Assembly (NCBI GenBank): GCA_050575255.1
Contig: JBNZDD010013687.1
Span: 1,004,373-1,068,372, forward strand
Source: Harriotta raleighana
Taxonomy: Eukaryota
DNA: 64,000 bases
Direction: 5' to 3'
Under the pieces are notes generated by a model that searched no databases, was not told the DNA's origin, and saw only the letters and a program-made list of their open reading frames with translations. The position numbers and the translations under genes are program-made. Below, piece after piece: positions 36,788 to 50,148 of this stretch; the stretch's first letter is position 1, and each line of letters begins with the position of its first letter.

Positions 36788-39700
36788 GACACAATGCCAT
36801 AAGTGCATAGCAAACAAATTACAACAACCATTTAATCTGTATGGCAAATCTGCATCGGGTTTTAATAACCTATATGATTAGATTAGAACAAACAAAAAGC
36901 CTTGTAACATACTACATTTAATAAGGTAATTGATCCAATGTGCTGTGAATATTAATCCGCTCTTATTGAACTTAAAACTCACTCTGTATTTTGCAAAATG
37001 CTCAACTCTATCAGAGTTTCAGAAATTAGGTTATGCACATGCGCTTTGAATACCAATGGTTGAAATGATGAGAGGAAAGCTTGTAACAGAACCATTGAAA
37101 ATAGCCATAAAAAAGTTCTAAAGGAACTGTTGCTTTGCATTATTGTGAATTCAATGGCCAGGATTGCTCCCTTCTATTGCATCTTTATAAACGTATGCAA
37201 GAATGTCAATGGGTGCAAGTCAGTGAGAGCCTTTAAACTAGACCAGACAAAATGTTGCTGATTCAAATCTTAGCTGGTCCAGAAGCAAAGCCCAATAAAT
37301 GGCCTTACCAACTCTGGGTTAGCAAAGGGAAAAATAGGCAGTGCTCCTACTCTTAATCGCTGTTGATAATAATCCTTTATTCACTTTGTCAAAAAGTGCT
37401 TCACAGGATTTTACTCTGAAGTGTAGTAACTTTGTAATTGTAGGCAAATGCAGCAGCCAATTTCTGCATAGCAATGTCCCACAAACATCCATGAAGGCAT
37501 CAAACAAGTGAGGGCAGAATTGGGCTTGGATGGGATGCTGTGCAGTTGAATTACGTAAAAAATCTCACGACCAAAGCTCACACACTAATAATAGTGGTTT
37601 CACAGCAGTTTATTCTTCAGAACAGGAGGTGAGGATAGGATATTTGGATAAAAAAGAAACATATACTGTATTTTGAAACTGTAATTGATCTGTCAGAAGG
37701 AATATATGACAAGGACACGTTTCAGGGCATTTAATCACACCATAGTTTTACATGAGTGGTTGTGTTTGGTGCTGTTTTAGAGCACTGAGCTGAGCATGTT
37801 GGCAGGTCTAGAAAGAATTAAGATAACAACTTGAATAATAGGGCTGAGTTTTGCTCAACTGTTTGTTGAGAATGTTCCCAATAATATTGTTTGAAATTTC
37901 TGTGTTACATAATAAGAATTGATATCATTCAGTCAACCGATACAAGCAGGATTAACTGACTGGTGAGCTGCGGAGCTTGATCTTAGATATTTCAATGGGA
38001 GTCAAAAGCTTTGCAGTTTGATATATCAGGCCACCCAGCAATGTCTTTCCTGTAAATTAAGAGATGTTTGGTGCAATTCTGTTTTTAAGATGCTAGGATA
38101 TCTAGGTCTGAAAATTTCCATCCTTTGAATTGTTTAGAACACAGATTGTCATTTAAATCTCGCCTGCAAATCCCCGATGCAGTTTATGCCCATGGATAAT
38201 GACATTGGCCAGAATGTATATGTTATTTTCAAGTGGTAATGCTTTCAGAGCATAGAAACTGCCCTGATATTTATTCCCATAATGATATTTGTGTCAAACC
38301 ATGGGTTATGTTGCAGATATATTTACAGGTTGAGGAATGTTTTCTGTGATCTACTGCACAATTTCAGATTTTATTGTGTTGGGCTTTAACTGGAGCTTTC
38401 CAGTGCCTTGGGATGTCCTCCTGACATGAAAGGTACTGTACAAATGTAACTTTTGTTGTTGTTATTACTTACTCCCCAAACAGAAGGAAATAAAATTGGA
38501 AGCTGCATCTGAACACTTGGACTGATCTCATGTGGGCATTTACTAAGTGGCTTTGACACAACTCTGATCACAGATTGCAATATCACTTTATTGACTGGCA
38601 AATAAGTAAAAGGGGAATTTTTAAAATCTCTAATGAGAGATCTAAATTGCTCCATTAACATCCCAGCCATCTTCATCAACACTCAAATCTGTTGCAGTTA
38701 AAGAAAGATTCTATTAATTTCAATAACTAGAAATGTAGATGCTGGGTTCACCAATAATTGAACAATAGTGGAAAATATAAAAATTCAGTATAATTTGGAA
38801 GCTAATTTTCCTCAGTTCTTTAAACGTACAAGTTTCTGAATCAAGTTGAATGTGGAATTTTCCACAATTTTGTACCATCTTTCAATTTAAGGCAAAGTGG
38901 TCTCACTGGCTAAAAATAGGTGGAATTTCACCCTCGCCTCACCCGCAGGCTATGTGTTGTCAGCATCATAAAATATTTGCAAGAAAGTGCTGAGTTCCAG
39001 AGTTACAGATTAATAATGACAAAAATGAATATTTTATAATAATAAAATAATAATCCTTGCATTTGGTATAACACCTCTTCGAGACAACTCAAAGTGCATC
39101 ACAGAATATACTGTAAATTGTATATTTTATTCTAGGTGTGCTCCAATGAACCCATTCATATTTTAAGAGCATATGAAAAGAGAAAATATAACCTTGCTAT
39201 CTGTGACAAGTTATTAGCCATGATGCTTATCAAACTATTGCTAAATGTGATCAAGTTAACCAGTCGATAACTAAAGACTTTGTGGATTTGCCTCGACTCT
39301 GTCAGAATGGTTGGACCCAGACTTTTGAACTTATTGGCTCATGTATTGTGGCATTGGAGCAATGGTTAATGGGCACCAGCTTCACTCTGTTTTTCTGTTG
39401 AGTTAATCAGATGTTCTGCTCAGCAGCATTCCAGTGTCACTTCTGGAGTGTTTGGAACGATTCCCCACATCAGAGCCAACTGATAATGAAAGCCTGGAGA
39501 AGTGAGTCTATTCAAGAAACTGCTCGATGCTCAGCATGCTTCCCATCACCCGCTCTACAGCTCTGTTATATAACACAGAAGCTTGAGTTTTTCACAGCAC
39601 TTTTTTTTCTTCACCCCTTGTTAACCAGTTGACCAAGGATGAAATACCTCTTCCTGTAGTGTTTCTCTTTCTACTTCCATTAATCTCATAAGCATGTCAA

Positions 39701-42700
39701 GAGCGAAGCCGTTGCAGGCTCATTATAAGTTGGACTACAGAATGAGATTCTAGATTTATTCATGTGTTACTGTATCCACGTTACTAAATCTCATAACACT
39801 GTTATGTAAGTATTGAACATGAAATCGTATCCTCTTGAATAATAACACAATCAATCACAGTTATTAGCAACATAATTAAGATTATGCAAGTCTGATTTGA
39901 TTATTTTGAAGCTTTTAAAATTCATCTTAGTTTACATATTCCAATGTGAAAGAGTGTTGGAACTGAATGAACAGAAAGCTTAAGAAGTCATTGTCTTAAC
40001 ACACACACGCATTAAGGGTTGAATTCTACAAACAGATTGCGTACATTAATTGAAAATCCTTATCAAATATTGGCTTTGCTCAAATGTTGAATGTAAATTC
40101 AATTGAATTGCCATAAGTGGTGTGATGCTAAGCAGAAAATATGCATACTCTAAAGTTTGCTGTTCATTGTATTTGTAAGAATGGTATTTATGCAGAGAAC
40201 TGGGACATTAGTGACATTGGTGCATATTGCGGCAATCCTGCGATGATTGAGTAGCTGATCTCCATAAATCAATGTTTTGACTTTGGTCACATTGAGTCTT
40301 CATATAGTTTGTTGAAAAAGTTGAGAAACAACAGTAATTAACAATATTTTAAATGATAGATGCGTTTTTTTAAAATAAGAAAATTATTAGCATGAATGGA
40401 ACTTGTAATTTTATTAATTAAGACTGTCAAACAGTTGCTGGACTGTAGGTCTTGAGGAGGAGTTCTGTGAAGTTGAGGATCAATTAAAAAAAAGTACAGA
40501 AACTATTAGAATATCAGGTTTTCTAAGTGTTTGAATCATCTGCCCCAAAAAGTAATAATCCTTACATTTCAAGTAGCGCTTTATCACCTAAGCACTTCAC
40601 AGGATCTCGTGTACTGTGTAATAACTGTATTTTGAAGGCAAAAAGGCCAGTCTTAGAGATGGAAATTGAAAGACAATCTTAAATGAGAATTATGTGCCAA
40701 ATAACAATTAATAATAAAATAATAATCCTTGCATTTGATATAGTGCCTTATCATGTCTTCGAGATGTGATAATTGTTACCAGTTCTCTGGGTGAGCACTG
40801 TTACTTTGCACTGAAATCCACCATCTGAGAGAGGACCAAGGGTAAGAAAAACTGATTAAATTGGTCCCAGGCCACGGACAAATATCATCTGTGATCTGAT
40901 CAAGAAATAATATTAACTATGACATTAGGTAATTCTGTCTTACACTGTTCAATGGTGGAGCATTGAAAGTGGAAAAGTAGCAGAGGGAGACAATATTAGG
41001 GGACCAAATAAAGAGAAAAAAAAGGGAAATTAGAGATATTAATAGACCCAGAAAATGAAAGAGTAACTGTTTGAATTGCAAAGCCATGTGAATGTGCCTT
41101 TATAAATTGTAATATTTAAAAGGAATATTTTATTTATTTGAAATTAAGTAATTGTAATTTTTTATAAACAGGATTGCTTCTGATTTGTGAGCATAACTTT
41201 GAGTGTTTAGAATAAATTGATCTTTCACAGATAATTTAGAGATTAACACTAATGCAATCCTAAAATGTGAGTCTTCTGGTGAAGGGAGCCTTAAGTGGCA
41301 ATTGTATGAAGATTTAAGTTTTAGATTCCTTTCATGTAGCTTTAAGTTATTAGCCTATTCATCACACCAATTACAAGGCACTTTCCCGTGCAGAAGCTAA
41401 CCAGCAATAAAATAAATGTGCGTTATTTATTTTTACACAAACTATAAAAGCAATAAGGTCACAATCATAATTTAAAGATTCTTTAGTTGACTGCACAGGT
41501 GATGAATTATTAATCAAATCAATACACCTGAATCAACTAATAGTTCTTATGTAGACAATTTTATTTTAACAAATTCCTTTGAAATACATTTCACTGCAGA
41601 TTAAAACCTTCTTCATAATTATTTTGTATTTTTACTGCTGTGTAAACCAATCCTGATGGTCTCCATTAAAGTGATGTAGATCTGTGTGTAAATGTTTCAT
41701 GTGCTATTCTCTTGAGGGACAGTAAACTAATCATTGTTTAGTTGCCATCTAATGTGAGCTCCAGGGACTCAAACTCATCACAGCTAGTGAAAATTAAGCT
41801 GTTTAAAATGTTTACCCTATTCTCGAGTAACTTTGAAGATTGAAGAAAGTTGACTGTTTCACAGGGTTTGATGGAGCAGTGGTCTTGTATTACTTCTTTG
41901 TTCATTGAGAAATGTTTAAAATTCTGGTAGGCTGAAAACCTTGGAAAATTCCAAAGTAAAGTTAATGACAATCTTCAAAGTGCTGGTATTTCAAGGAATC
42001 ATTGTGCATTAGCTGAAGCAGTGCGTGAGGCTACTTTAATTATTTAAATGAATGTCTGCCAGGCTGACAGGAGCCATGGAGAAATCTATGGCCATGAAGC
42101 CCCATTTATTACAAGAGGAAGGCAGAAAGCAGCAAAGTTGGGACAATAGGAGGACACAAATACAGTATCTCTTATCAACATCAGTTCAGACATAAAGATG
42201 AAAATAGTTATTTTATACTGAATTGGGACATGGCCAGGAGGGAAAGATGCTTCGCTTTATCTCCGGAGGTGGAGCACTGCAGAGCAGACATGCCCACCTG
42301 ATTCTAGGAGTGTGTGCTCTGCAAAATTAGTCACTTTCCAATGTTATTAAACAAGAACGAATCCACCGAACACAGTTCTGCTAAAATGTATGATGGAATC
42401 AAGCAAGCCCAGTTTGATCCACAGTTAGATTATGAGGATGGGAAACACCATTGCTTCTGAAGTCTCATCACTAGGCGGATCTCCAGAGCGGGGCTCCACT
42501 GTGTATTACACTGTCTGGATCTCCATTTGTAGGCACATGCAATCAAGTCTAAATGCAGCATTAAATCCAAAGAAATATTGCTGTTTTAACATCTTTCTTA
42601 AAATTCCCACCCCCAAAAAGTAAAGTTAGCCCATTAATTCATATTGCTGTTTTCGACTCTTGTAGAAGTATTTGAGTACTAGTTCAGATCAGCAACACAA

Positions 42701-43220
42701 TACAGTATTACAATTCGACTAAATGGCACCTTAGTTGTCAAAGTAAAGCCTGAGTTTAAACAGATGCCAGCTATTTGAAGTACATGAATGAAAGTGTGTA
42801 GTTCAGATTTTATACATGTGTGTTTGTTTACATTGTCTTCCTAGAGACGTTCATTTTTGTAGAGCTTGATTTCTTACTAAAAGTTACGAGGTTGGCACTA
42901 ATGATGCATATTTATTTAACAACATTGGTTTCCCATTATTTCACTTTGGGGTCTCGGTATTAATGTTCAACCCTACAAATATTTGTGTTTCCATTTGTAC
43001 ACAGTTACGTGCTATTTCCAGATATCTCCTCCTGGGAGGACTATAGGTGTTTCAGGGTTACATTATACTTGACAAGTGTTGCTGGAATGAATGTTGAAGC
43101 ACAGGGAAGTTGCAGTAATTACAAAAGTATTGGCTACTGACTTGGGAACAAGCCCTCAGGGAAACTACAGCCACTAGCAAGTTTACGTGTTGACAGTTTT
43201 TTTTTCTCTTTTCCTCTTAG

Positions 43221-43370
43221 CTTTGAAGATGCAACAAGATTCTTTGGCGTGAAGCCAAAATCTGGAGATAAAGAGGTTACTCCAAATTACATTTTCATGT
43301 TGTGGTATGAATTTTCTACCGACTTCAAGAATACCTGGAAACACGAAAGCAAAGCGATTTCTAAAGAAAG
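43221..43370 (+). CDS. FMN1: Formin-1 FH2-domain C-terminal exon
   Basis: Long pyrimidine tract ttcctcttag|C...AAAG|gtaaga; 150 nt, phase 2/2. Encodes (S)[49 protein letters not shown](R). Confidence 0.96.
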
Positions 43371-43399
43371 GTAAGAGGCCGATAAAGTCATTAATAGCA

Positions 43400-44400
43400 G
43401 ATGCTTAGCAGTTTGGAAAGCACTTTGTTTTAAGCTAAATATACCGCACTGCCACATTACACAAGCTTTATTGTTTGTTTTTTTATTAACTTGGCATAAA
43501 GCAAAGTCTAATCCTCAAGGGTATGTTGAAAAAGTTGCCAAAGTCTGCTATACCCACAAGGAAGATAAACACACATAATCTGATAAATTACACTTTCCCA
43601 ACTCTTTTCAATTACCTGCTAATAAAGTGGAATGAGAGCTGTGCTAATTTGTAACAGATTGCTTCACTAGTGCATTTTTATGTTGAACTAGCCTAAATGA
43701 GCTGATATTACTGTCGCAGACAGTACAGACAAATAAAAGTGAATGCTTTTCCAGTTATTAAACTTCACTCGCATCAAAGAGAACCCCCCCAGACCCAGGC
43801 CACACTTAGCACAATGTCAGAAACCCATACTGAATTTACGGCACCACATCTGACCCCAGGTATCCTGCTGGGGACATCAAACTGCGTGACACTGCTTCTC
43901 GCAACAGTCTCCTGATTTTATTGGTTTGAGAAAGAATAACCTTATCCCGTATATGCTTTTAGGTAGGGTTTCATGAAGGAAGTTTTTATGTGAGGGTTAC
44001 ATTACGGCTAAAAGATTGCCATTTTCTCAGTTTAATAGCATAATCTTTTTTTTTACAGTTTTATTCTTTGCTAGGATTCAATATTTCAATTCTGTTTGGA
44101 AATGAATGGTGACCACTGACGATATTATTGTTCAGATTCTATCCTTTGCACAAAGCTTTTTTAAAAAAATGCTTGCGATAGCATGTGAGCTGTTTTATGA
44201 ACTTTCCCTCTTTAACCAGGGATACGGCATTGTTACATTCTAATATTACGGTCACCCATGTGCTCTCTGTATTTTCCACAGTTGTAGTTTTAGTGTGTAA
44301 CTATCACATTATTTATGAACTGTGATGAATAAAACTGTTCTGCAGCAAACACATTGGAGGCATGTAATGAATTAATGCTCTTGATCAATGAATTCTCGTG
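43400..44400. promoter_or_regulatory. Candidate conserved enhancer (Grem1-type limb/fin cis-regulatory module) immediately 3' of FMN1 exon 43221-43370
   Basis: Repeat-free. Motifs: TCF/LEF ATCAAAG 43773, GLI-like GAACCCCCCCA 43781, SOX ACAATG 43811, HOX TTTACGG 43835, RUNX ACCACA 43843, E-box CATCTG 43847, HOX13 TTTTATTGG 43916, TTTTATGA 44193. Position matches the known Fmn1-intronic Grem1 control region; function is inferred. Confidence 0.5.
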
Positions 44401-47231
44401 AGTTGATTTTCACAAATTCATGTTTTAGATGGAAGAGTAAGTGCAAACAAATATTATTTTTGTTCAATGTATTTTCTTGACTTATGCATCTCAATTAGTG
44501 CCTTAAAATACTATACAAGGGAAACCAGATGGATTTAAAATGTTTAATGTCTCATGCCTTAGACACTCTTGGGGAAAGTAAAAAAAAAGTGGAGCTAGTA
44601 TAAAACAGCACAATACTGTTAACTCATTAGGTTCAAAACTCATTTAATAGCGTACTTTTAAACTTTACAGCATATTGTAATCCTAATATGAGAAACAAAA
44701 TGTGAAACAAACGTTTCTTCTTGATGATGTTCTGTAAATATAGAGGTGAGATACCAACCATGCTATTCAACTGTGACTTTGGGTTTAAAGCTAGAGTTTA
44801 ATGAAAAGCAGAGGGATCCATTAGGATACATAACTGAAAATGGGAGTTCCTTGAAATGTTGTAAAACGGGACAGCAGAAAAACATCCACATCTAGAATGT
44901 CTTGTAAAGTCATGACCCTTAGCGACACTGTTTTCCTAAGTGTGAAACCGTTGATTTACCACCGAGTTTACTAGAAATAGGTCAGAATCAAATTAATTGG
45001 GTGTAATTCTGCCATCTCTACTGATGTGGTTTCCCAGTACATTCTAGTACTGCTGTTACCAATGAGTGTGTAATAAACAAAGAATGAATTGAACAAGAAT
45101 TATTGACACCCATTCTTCCATGTTATCTGTAGAAATCAAAAATTAAAGAAACGGTCCCTAGTGTGGTCAAAAGTGCGGGATTACAAATAGTTTTGACACT
45201 GTGTTAAATAAAAATTAAATTGAGGATATAAATCCGATTCACTTCTTGTTTCTTTTTCATGAAGGGTGAAGTGGGGGCGGTGGTGGTGGGGGTGGGGGGT
45301 GTTGGGTGGTAATCATTAAATCAATCAAAGGAATCATTAGGAATGCCTGTCACCAGAGTACATTGTACAGTTTTGGTCATTGCATTATAATGGAGCTACA
45401 CAGCCCCGTAGAGGCAGTGCAGAGGAAAGCACTATGGATAATCCCCATTGTTGGAGGGATGATCTATAAAATACTTGATGGGATTCAGGAAGTGAACCTA
45501 TGGAACAGTACTTTCAGATAAAGTTAGGCAGCAGGGGAAGAGGACAGGTTCAGAGTTTTGAACAGTGAACTGTGTGAACACTGAGTGTTGACAGGATTAG
45601 GCTTAATTGTGAACCCTCACAGCCTGACAATTCTTGCTATCCAGGTTTACTTGAATAGTCAGTTGGGATAGGTACTATACATCCCCTGCTAGATGTGGAA
45701 CTGGAGTATCCTTCTGTGTGAGTTGGTACCTTTTGGAGAGGAGAGATCAATGGAGAAAACTGGGAGGCAAATTGCTTGAGTCACAAAAAAGTCAGAACAT
45801 TAATCATCAATGGGGGTGGACGTAGAGAGAGATGCAGTTTGCATTGAAAGCAGTTCCTTTTACAGTAATCATCTGTATCTTGATGACATAACTAGGGGTC
45901 AAATGGAGTTACAAATCCAGACAGTAGAGATTGTGGAACACGGAAGCTTAAGCAACACTGTCATCTCAAGTACATTTCAAGGAACATAACGTTGGATTCT
46001 AATAAAACTTCAGCAATCCCTATTTAATCAAAAACAGTGGTCAATTTTGCAGTATTTATTCACAGATTTCTTAATTAGCAACGCAGACAGATCTCTTTTG
46101 GAGAACATCAAATATGTCATACTGGTCATTTATGGGAACCCTGTTCTGAAAATAAATTGAGGAACTTCAACACTTTTGTACGGTTTGGGTGTTAAAAAAG
46201 TCATTTAAAAATTTTTTTTTAGTCTCTATATAGTTTCTTACTTAGCAATTCAAATATGTTGAAGTTAAATCCAGAGCTAACCTAGGAAAATCTATGTGTT
46301 CTAATAAAGACATTGTTCTTCCAAACCCATCTATGGGGTCACAGAGGTATTTGCAACCCACCTTAGTAAAACACTAAAAGGTTCACTAACAAAGATGGTA
46401 TTCAAGTCTGAATAATACAGAACTCCCAGGGACATAATGCAGAATATAATTTTAGTTGCTGTTGACTCAAGCCAAGCTAAATCATGCAATTAAACTACAA
46501 GAGAAACAAGCAGCAGTAATAGGTGAAACAAATGCTGTATAATAAGGGTTGTCTTAAGGAGACTGCGATGAAAGGCAACCAGTCATTTCAGACATGAGAG
46601 AGTAGGCGTCTAGTGGCAGACCTTTCACTTGATTTTATAGAGTCTGAATGAAAAGCAGGCTGGCAAAGACCCTGATTACTGTCTCTGTGGGAAAGTATTC
46701 TCAATGTGAAGGGTGAATTGATTCATGCCTGTGATTCTAATGGAATTTTACACAGTGGGAATGTGTTAACTGGGAAAAGAAACATATTTGCACCGCTACA
46801 AAGTATTTGTGCAGCAGAAAATGTCCACATGCAATTCAACAAAACAATTTGCCACTGTTTAATTTTAGTGTTTGTTTTAGTATTTTGCTTAGTTTTATTA
46901 TAAATGTGCAATCAAGCATTTCTATTTTTAATTTAATCTGCAAACCAGTTAAATGTTCCGTAGGTGTGTATTGTACTGAGCCAGCAAAGCGGATGCATTA
47001 ATTGATATTTACTTTCCTAACCTATTTTCTTTGTAAATGGGAAATGATTTGATGGACTTTATAGTGTATCTCATGAGATATTCCAATGACATGATTGAGG
47101 TACTATATCAATTCAAAGGATGCTGATTTACTCTCATATTTTATTGAATGAGCACTGGCTTAGCTCCCTCTCCAATCACTCCAACCACACAGTTGTACAA
47201 TACGAATATGCTTTAGTTTAATAGAGTAATA

Positions 47232-47579
47232 CAGTAAAACCTTGTTTATCCGGTACCCAACCAACCGGCATACTCAATGAACGGTATCTCCCAATTCTAT
47301 TGGGAGATCCGGGACATTCGCGGTATGCTCACTTATTAAACTTACCGAACGCTGGAATGCTTTTTTACCAATCATTTTACCGAGTGTGCTGAAATGCTTT
47401 ATTGGTAAGTATCCAAACAATATTCTGTTAATATTTAGTCTATTATTAATATGGTATGTTTTAAAATAAGTTCATTTTTTGTGTAGGATTTTCAGCAACT
47501 TGCCGCTCGAATATCCGGCATCTTTGATTAACCGGCATCGGGCAGGTCCTGAGGGTGACGGATAACGAAGGTTTTACTG
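47232..47579. mobile_element. Tc1/mariner (pogo/Tigger-like) MITE, 348 bp, second copy
   Basis: TA|CAGTAAAACCTTGTTTATCCG ... CGGATAACGAAGGTTTTACTG|TA. Shares the internal block aatgctttattggtaag.atcca.acaatattctgtta...atggtatgttttaaaataagtt with the 15479 copy. Confidence 0.9.
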
Positions 47580-48829
47580 TACTTGGCAAACTTTTTGTCG
47601 GGCTGCACGATGTACTACTGAAACATCACCACAAAGTTTGCAGCACGTAATATTCTTGTGGTGAAAATGGATCGTAGTTGCTTCAGCTTTTCTCCGCCGC
47701 TGTGAATGCACCGTTTAATGTTTTTGTGCAAATTAGCCTTTGGAAGTCACTATCCAGCAAAACTCCACCATATTCAGACTCGCAAACATCACAAAGCTTC
47801 TTAGCTTGACTTGGCAAATCTCTCACTTCTTTTCAAAATGGTGGGCTTCAGCTTGCATAATGTGCTCATGTACTCACCGAGGATTACATCTGTCAGCATA
47901 GCGTAAATAAAGCTCTGGGTGGCCGGTAACAAACTAAAGATGACTGGTGATCATTTTTTTTTTTAGATATTTTCCACCTCTGGTAATATAACAGGCAGAT
48001 TAGAATATAAAAATGTTGATCTGAGATGATGGAAAGTCTACCCAAGCAGTAAATGGTTTTGGGTTACAATCTTGGTTCCAATCTGCCTCTCCCAAAGGAT
48101 ATTTGAATGTATGTCCTGGAAGAGAGAGGTCTTTTGGCTCAAAAGATAAAGGGAAAACAGCAGTGTGGTTAGAAACAAATCCAGCTAGCTTTATTTTGTC
48201 AGGATTAACCTGATGCACCTCTGTTGTGGCAAGTTACTACAGTACCATCATGTTCATTTCGGAGAGGAATCATTTTACCTGGTGCTGTCCAGCTCAGAAT
48301 TTGATCTTAAATCACTTCTGCTCAGCCTTGGCAATGGGAAAAGTTTGCAAAATACATGACGATGTATTGATGGCGAAATATACTTTAAGTACCTGTTTAA
48401 TTTATGGTGATATCCTAGGTGTAGCCACTGGGGAAAATCATGGATTATTTATGATTGGGTGTGTTTTTTAGCAGAAACAAGAAGACGATATTCATTTGGT
48501 AATATTTGAAGGTCACCTTTGTTACCTGATATTTTCTGAAAACAATTTTGTTGCATATTGCAAATTAATCTATTTACAGGATATAATTAATTAAGTATTT
48601 TCTCTTCACCATCATATGAACTAGTTTCCTTCTTTCAGTGGATAATTCTGTAAACAAAAAATACATATGGTACGGGATATTTTGGAATTTTTTTATAACA
48701 TTCTAAAAATAATGGGTTCTCACAAGTGAAGACACATGTCTCAAAAGTCTTTCACAAACCATTACTGTGAAGTTTAGTAACTGATTATGCGTATAAATCT
48801 TCGTATAAATATGTCCCACAAACCGCTAT

Positions 48830-49095
48830 TAGGTGAATAACCCATTAATCTGGAATATTGTTTGTCAGGACACTGGCAGAAACTCCCTTATCCTTTCCAA
48901 TAATGCCAAGGAATCTTAAATATACTCCTAAAATATGCACATTTAATATCTCATCCAATAGACGGCATCTTTGATAATATAGAACTACCTCCAGCACTGC
49001 ACTAGAGTGCCAGCCTCAACTATTGAGGCCCAATAAAAAGCTCGAAACCACAACTTTCTGATGCAGAGGGATGAATGATACCATGGCTGAGCGAT
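48830..49095 (-). mobile_element. Deu-type SINE remnant
   Basis: caggacactggcagaaactccc...aataatgccaaggaatctt...tctcatccaatagacggcatct...cagcactgcactagagtgccagcct...caactttctgatgcagagg. Confidence 0.65.
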
Positions 49096-49862
49096 ACTGT
49101 ATTTGATATAAACGATTTAGCACTTTGTTGCCAAATATACCAATGAAAAAATTTGAGAAAGAATAACTGAATGAATTAAGATGACCTACAGAATAAAATA
49201 AGCAATTAGGTACAAATTTAACCATTTACAATAATATATATTTATTGAGGTTTGACATTCTTTCAATGGAAGTCATTTTGACAGGTCACCAGCACGAATC
49301 GTGAATGTATTACCTCTGTAACTATTCATGCTCAATTCATAAGGATGTAGGATTATGATTGTCTGAGTGATGAGAAGGATGACCAGAGGCTTTTGAAGAT
49401 GTGCCTGTTGTAGCTGATCAGATTTTGTATTTCCACAGGCTGAATTCCTGTAACTTTCCCATAAAAGAAAAGAGCTTGCACAAAGCTGGCCATGAGAAAT
49501 TAATCAGAGAATGGTGTAACCTATAGTTCTTGCAACATTGACATTTCAACTGCTTTGTGGCATTGCTCAAGTCTGTTCAAGAGATGGAACGTAGATTCAG
49601 CAAAGAACAAATGAAGTTCAATGAGTAGAATGTGTTAGTTCACAGCAGCAAAAGTAGCTGAAACACATAAAGTACACATTTAATATCTCCCTGATGGCAA
49701 TCAGTACAGATAACTTCTAGACAAAGACTACCAAATTAAACAGTTCCACTCCATCTGATAGTGTCTTAACTGAATCAAGACTGGCTTCATACTGGCACAT
49801 CGGGATCTTTTGTGTATGGAACATAGAATCCTAGAAATGTTATAATGCAGAAGGAGGCCACT

Positions 49863-50148
49863 GAGTCCCGTAGAGTTCTTGCCTTCCAAGCAAAAGACTT
49901 GACTTTGATTCCAAGCAGGGTGAAACCTTGGGCAAGTTTCCTCACTCTACATGCCTGATAATAATTACTAAAAAGAAAATTGGTGATATCAATCCGCGAC
50001 TGTTTGTGAGAACTGCTATACACAATTGGCTGCCTCGTTCCGCCCGCAAATATACAGTCAATTCACTTTACAGTATATATTCTGTGAAGGGCTTTGAGAG
50101 TCTAGAAAATGTGAAAAGCGTGACATCAAACACAAGGATTATTATTAT
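49863..50148 (+). mobile_element. tRNA-derived SINE, short form, head partly deleted
   Basis: aaaccttgggcaagtttcctcactc...aatatacagtcaattcactttacagtata...aaggattattatta, matching the 36.5 and 60.8 kb copies. Confidence 0.85.
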
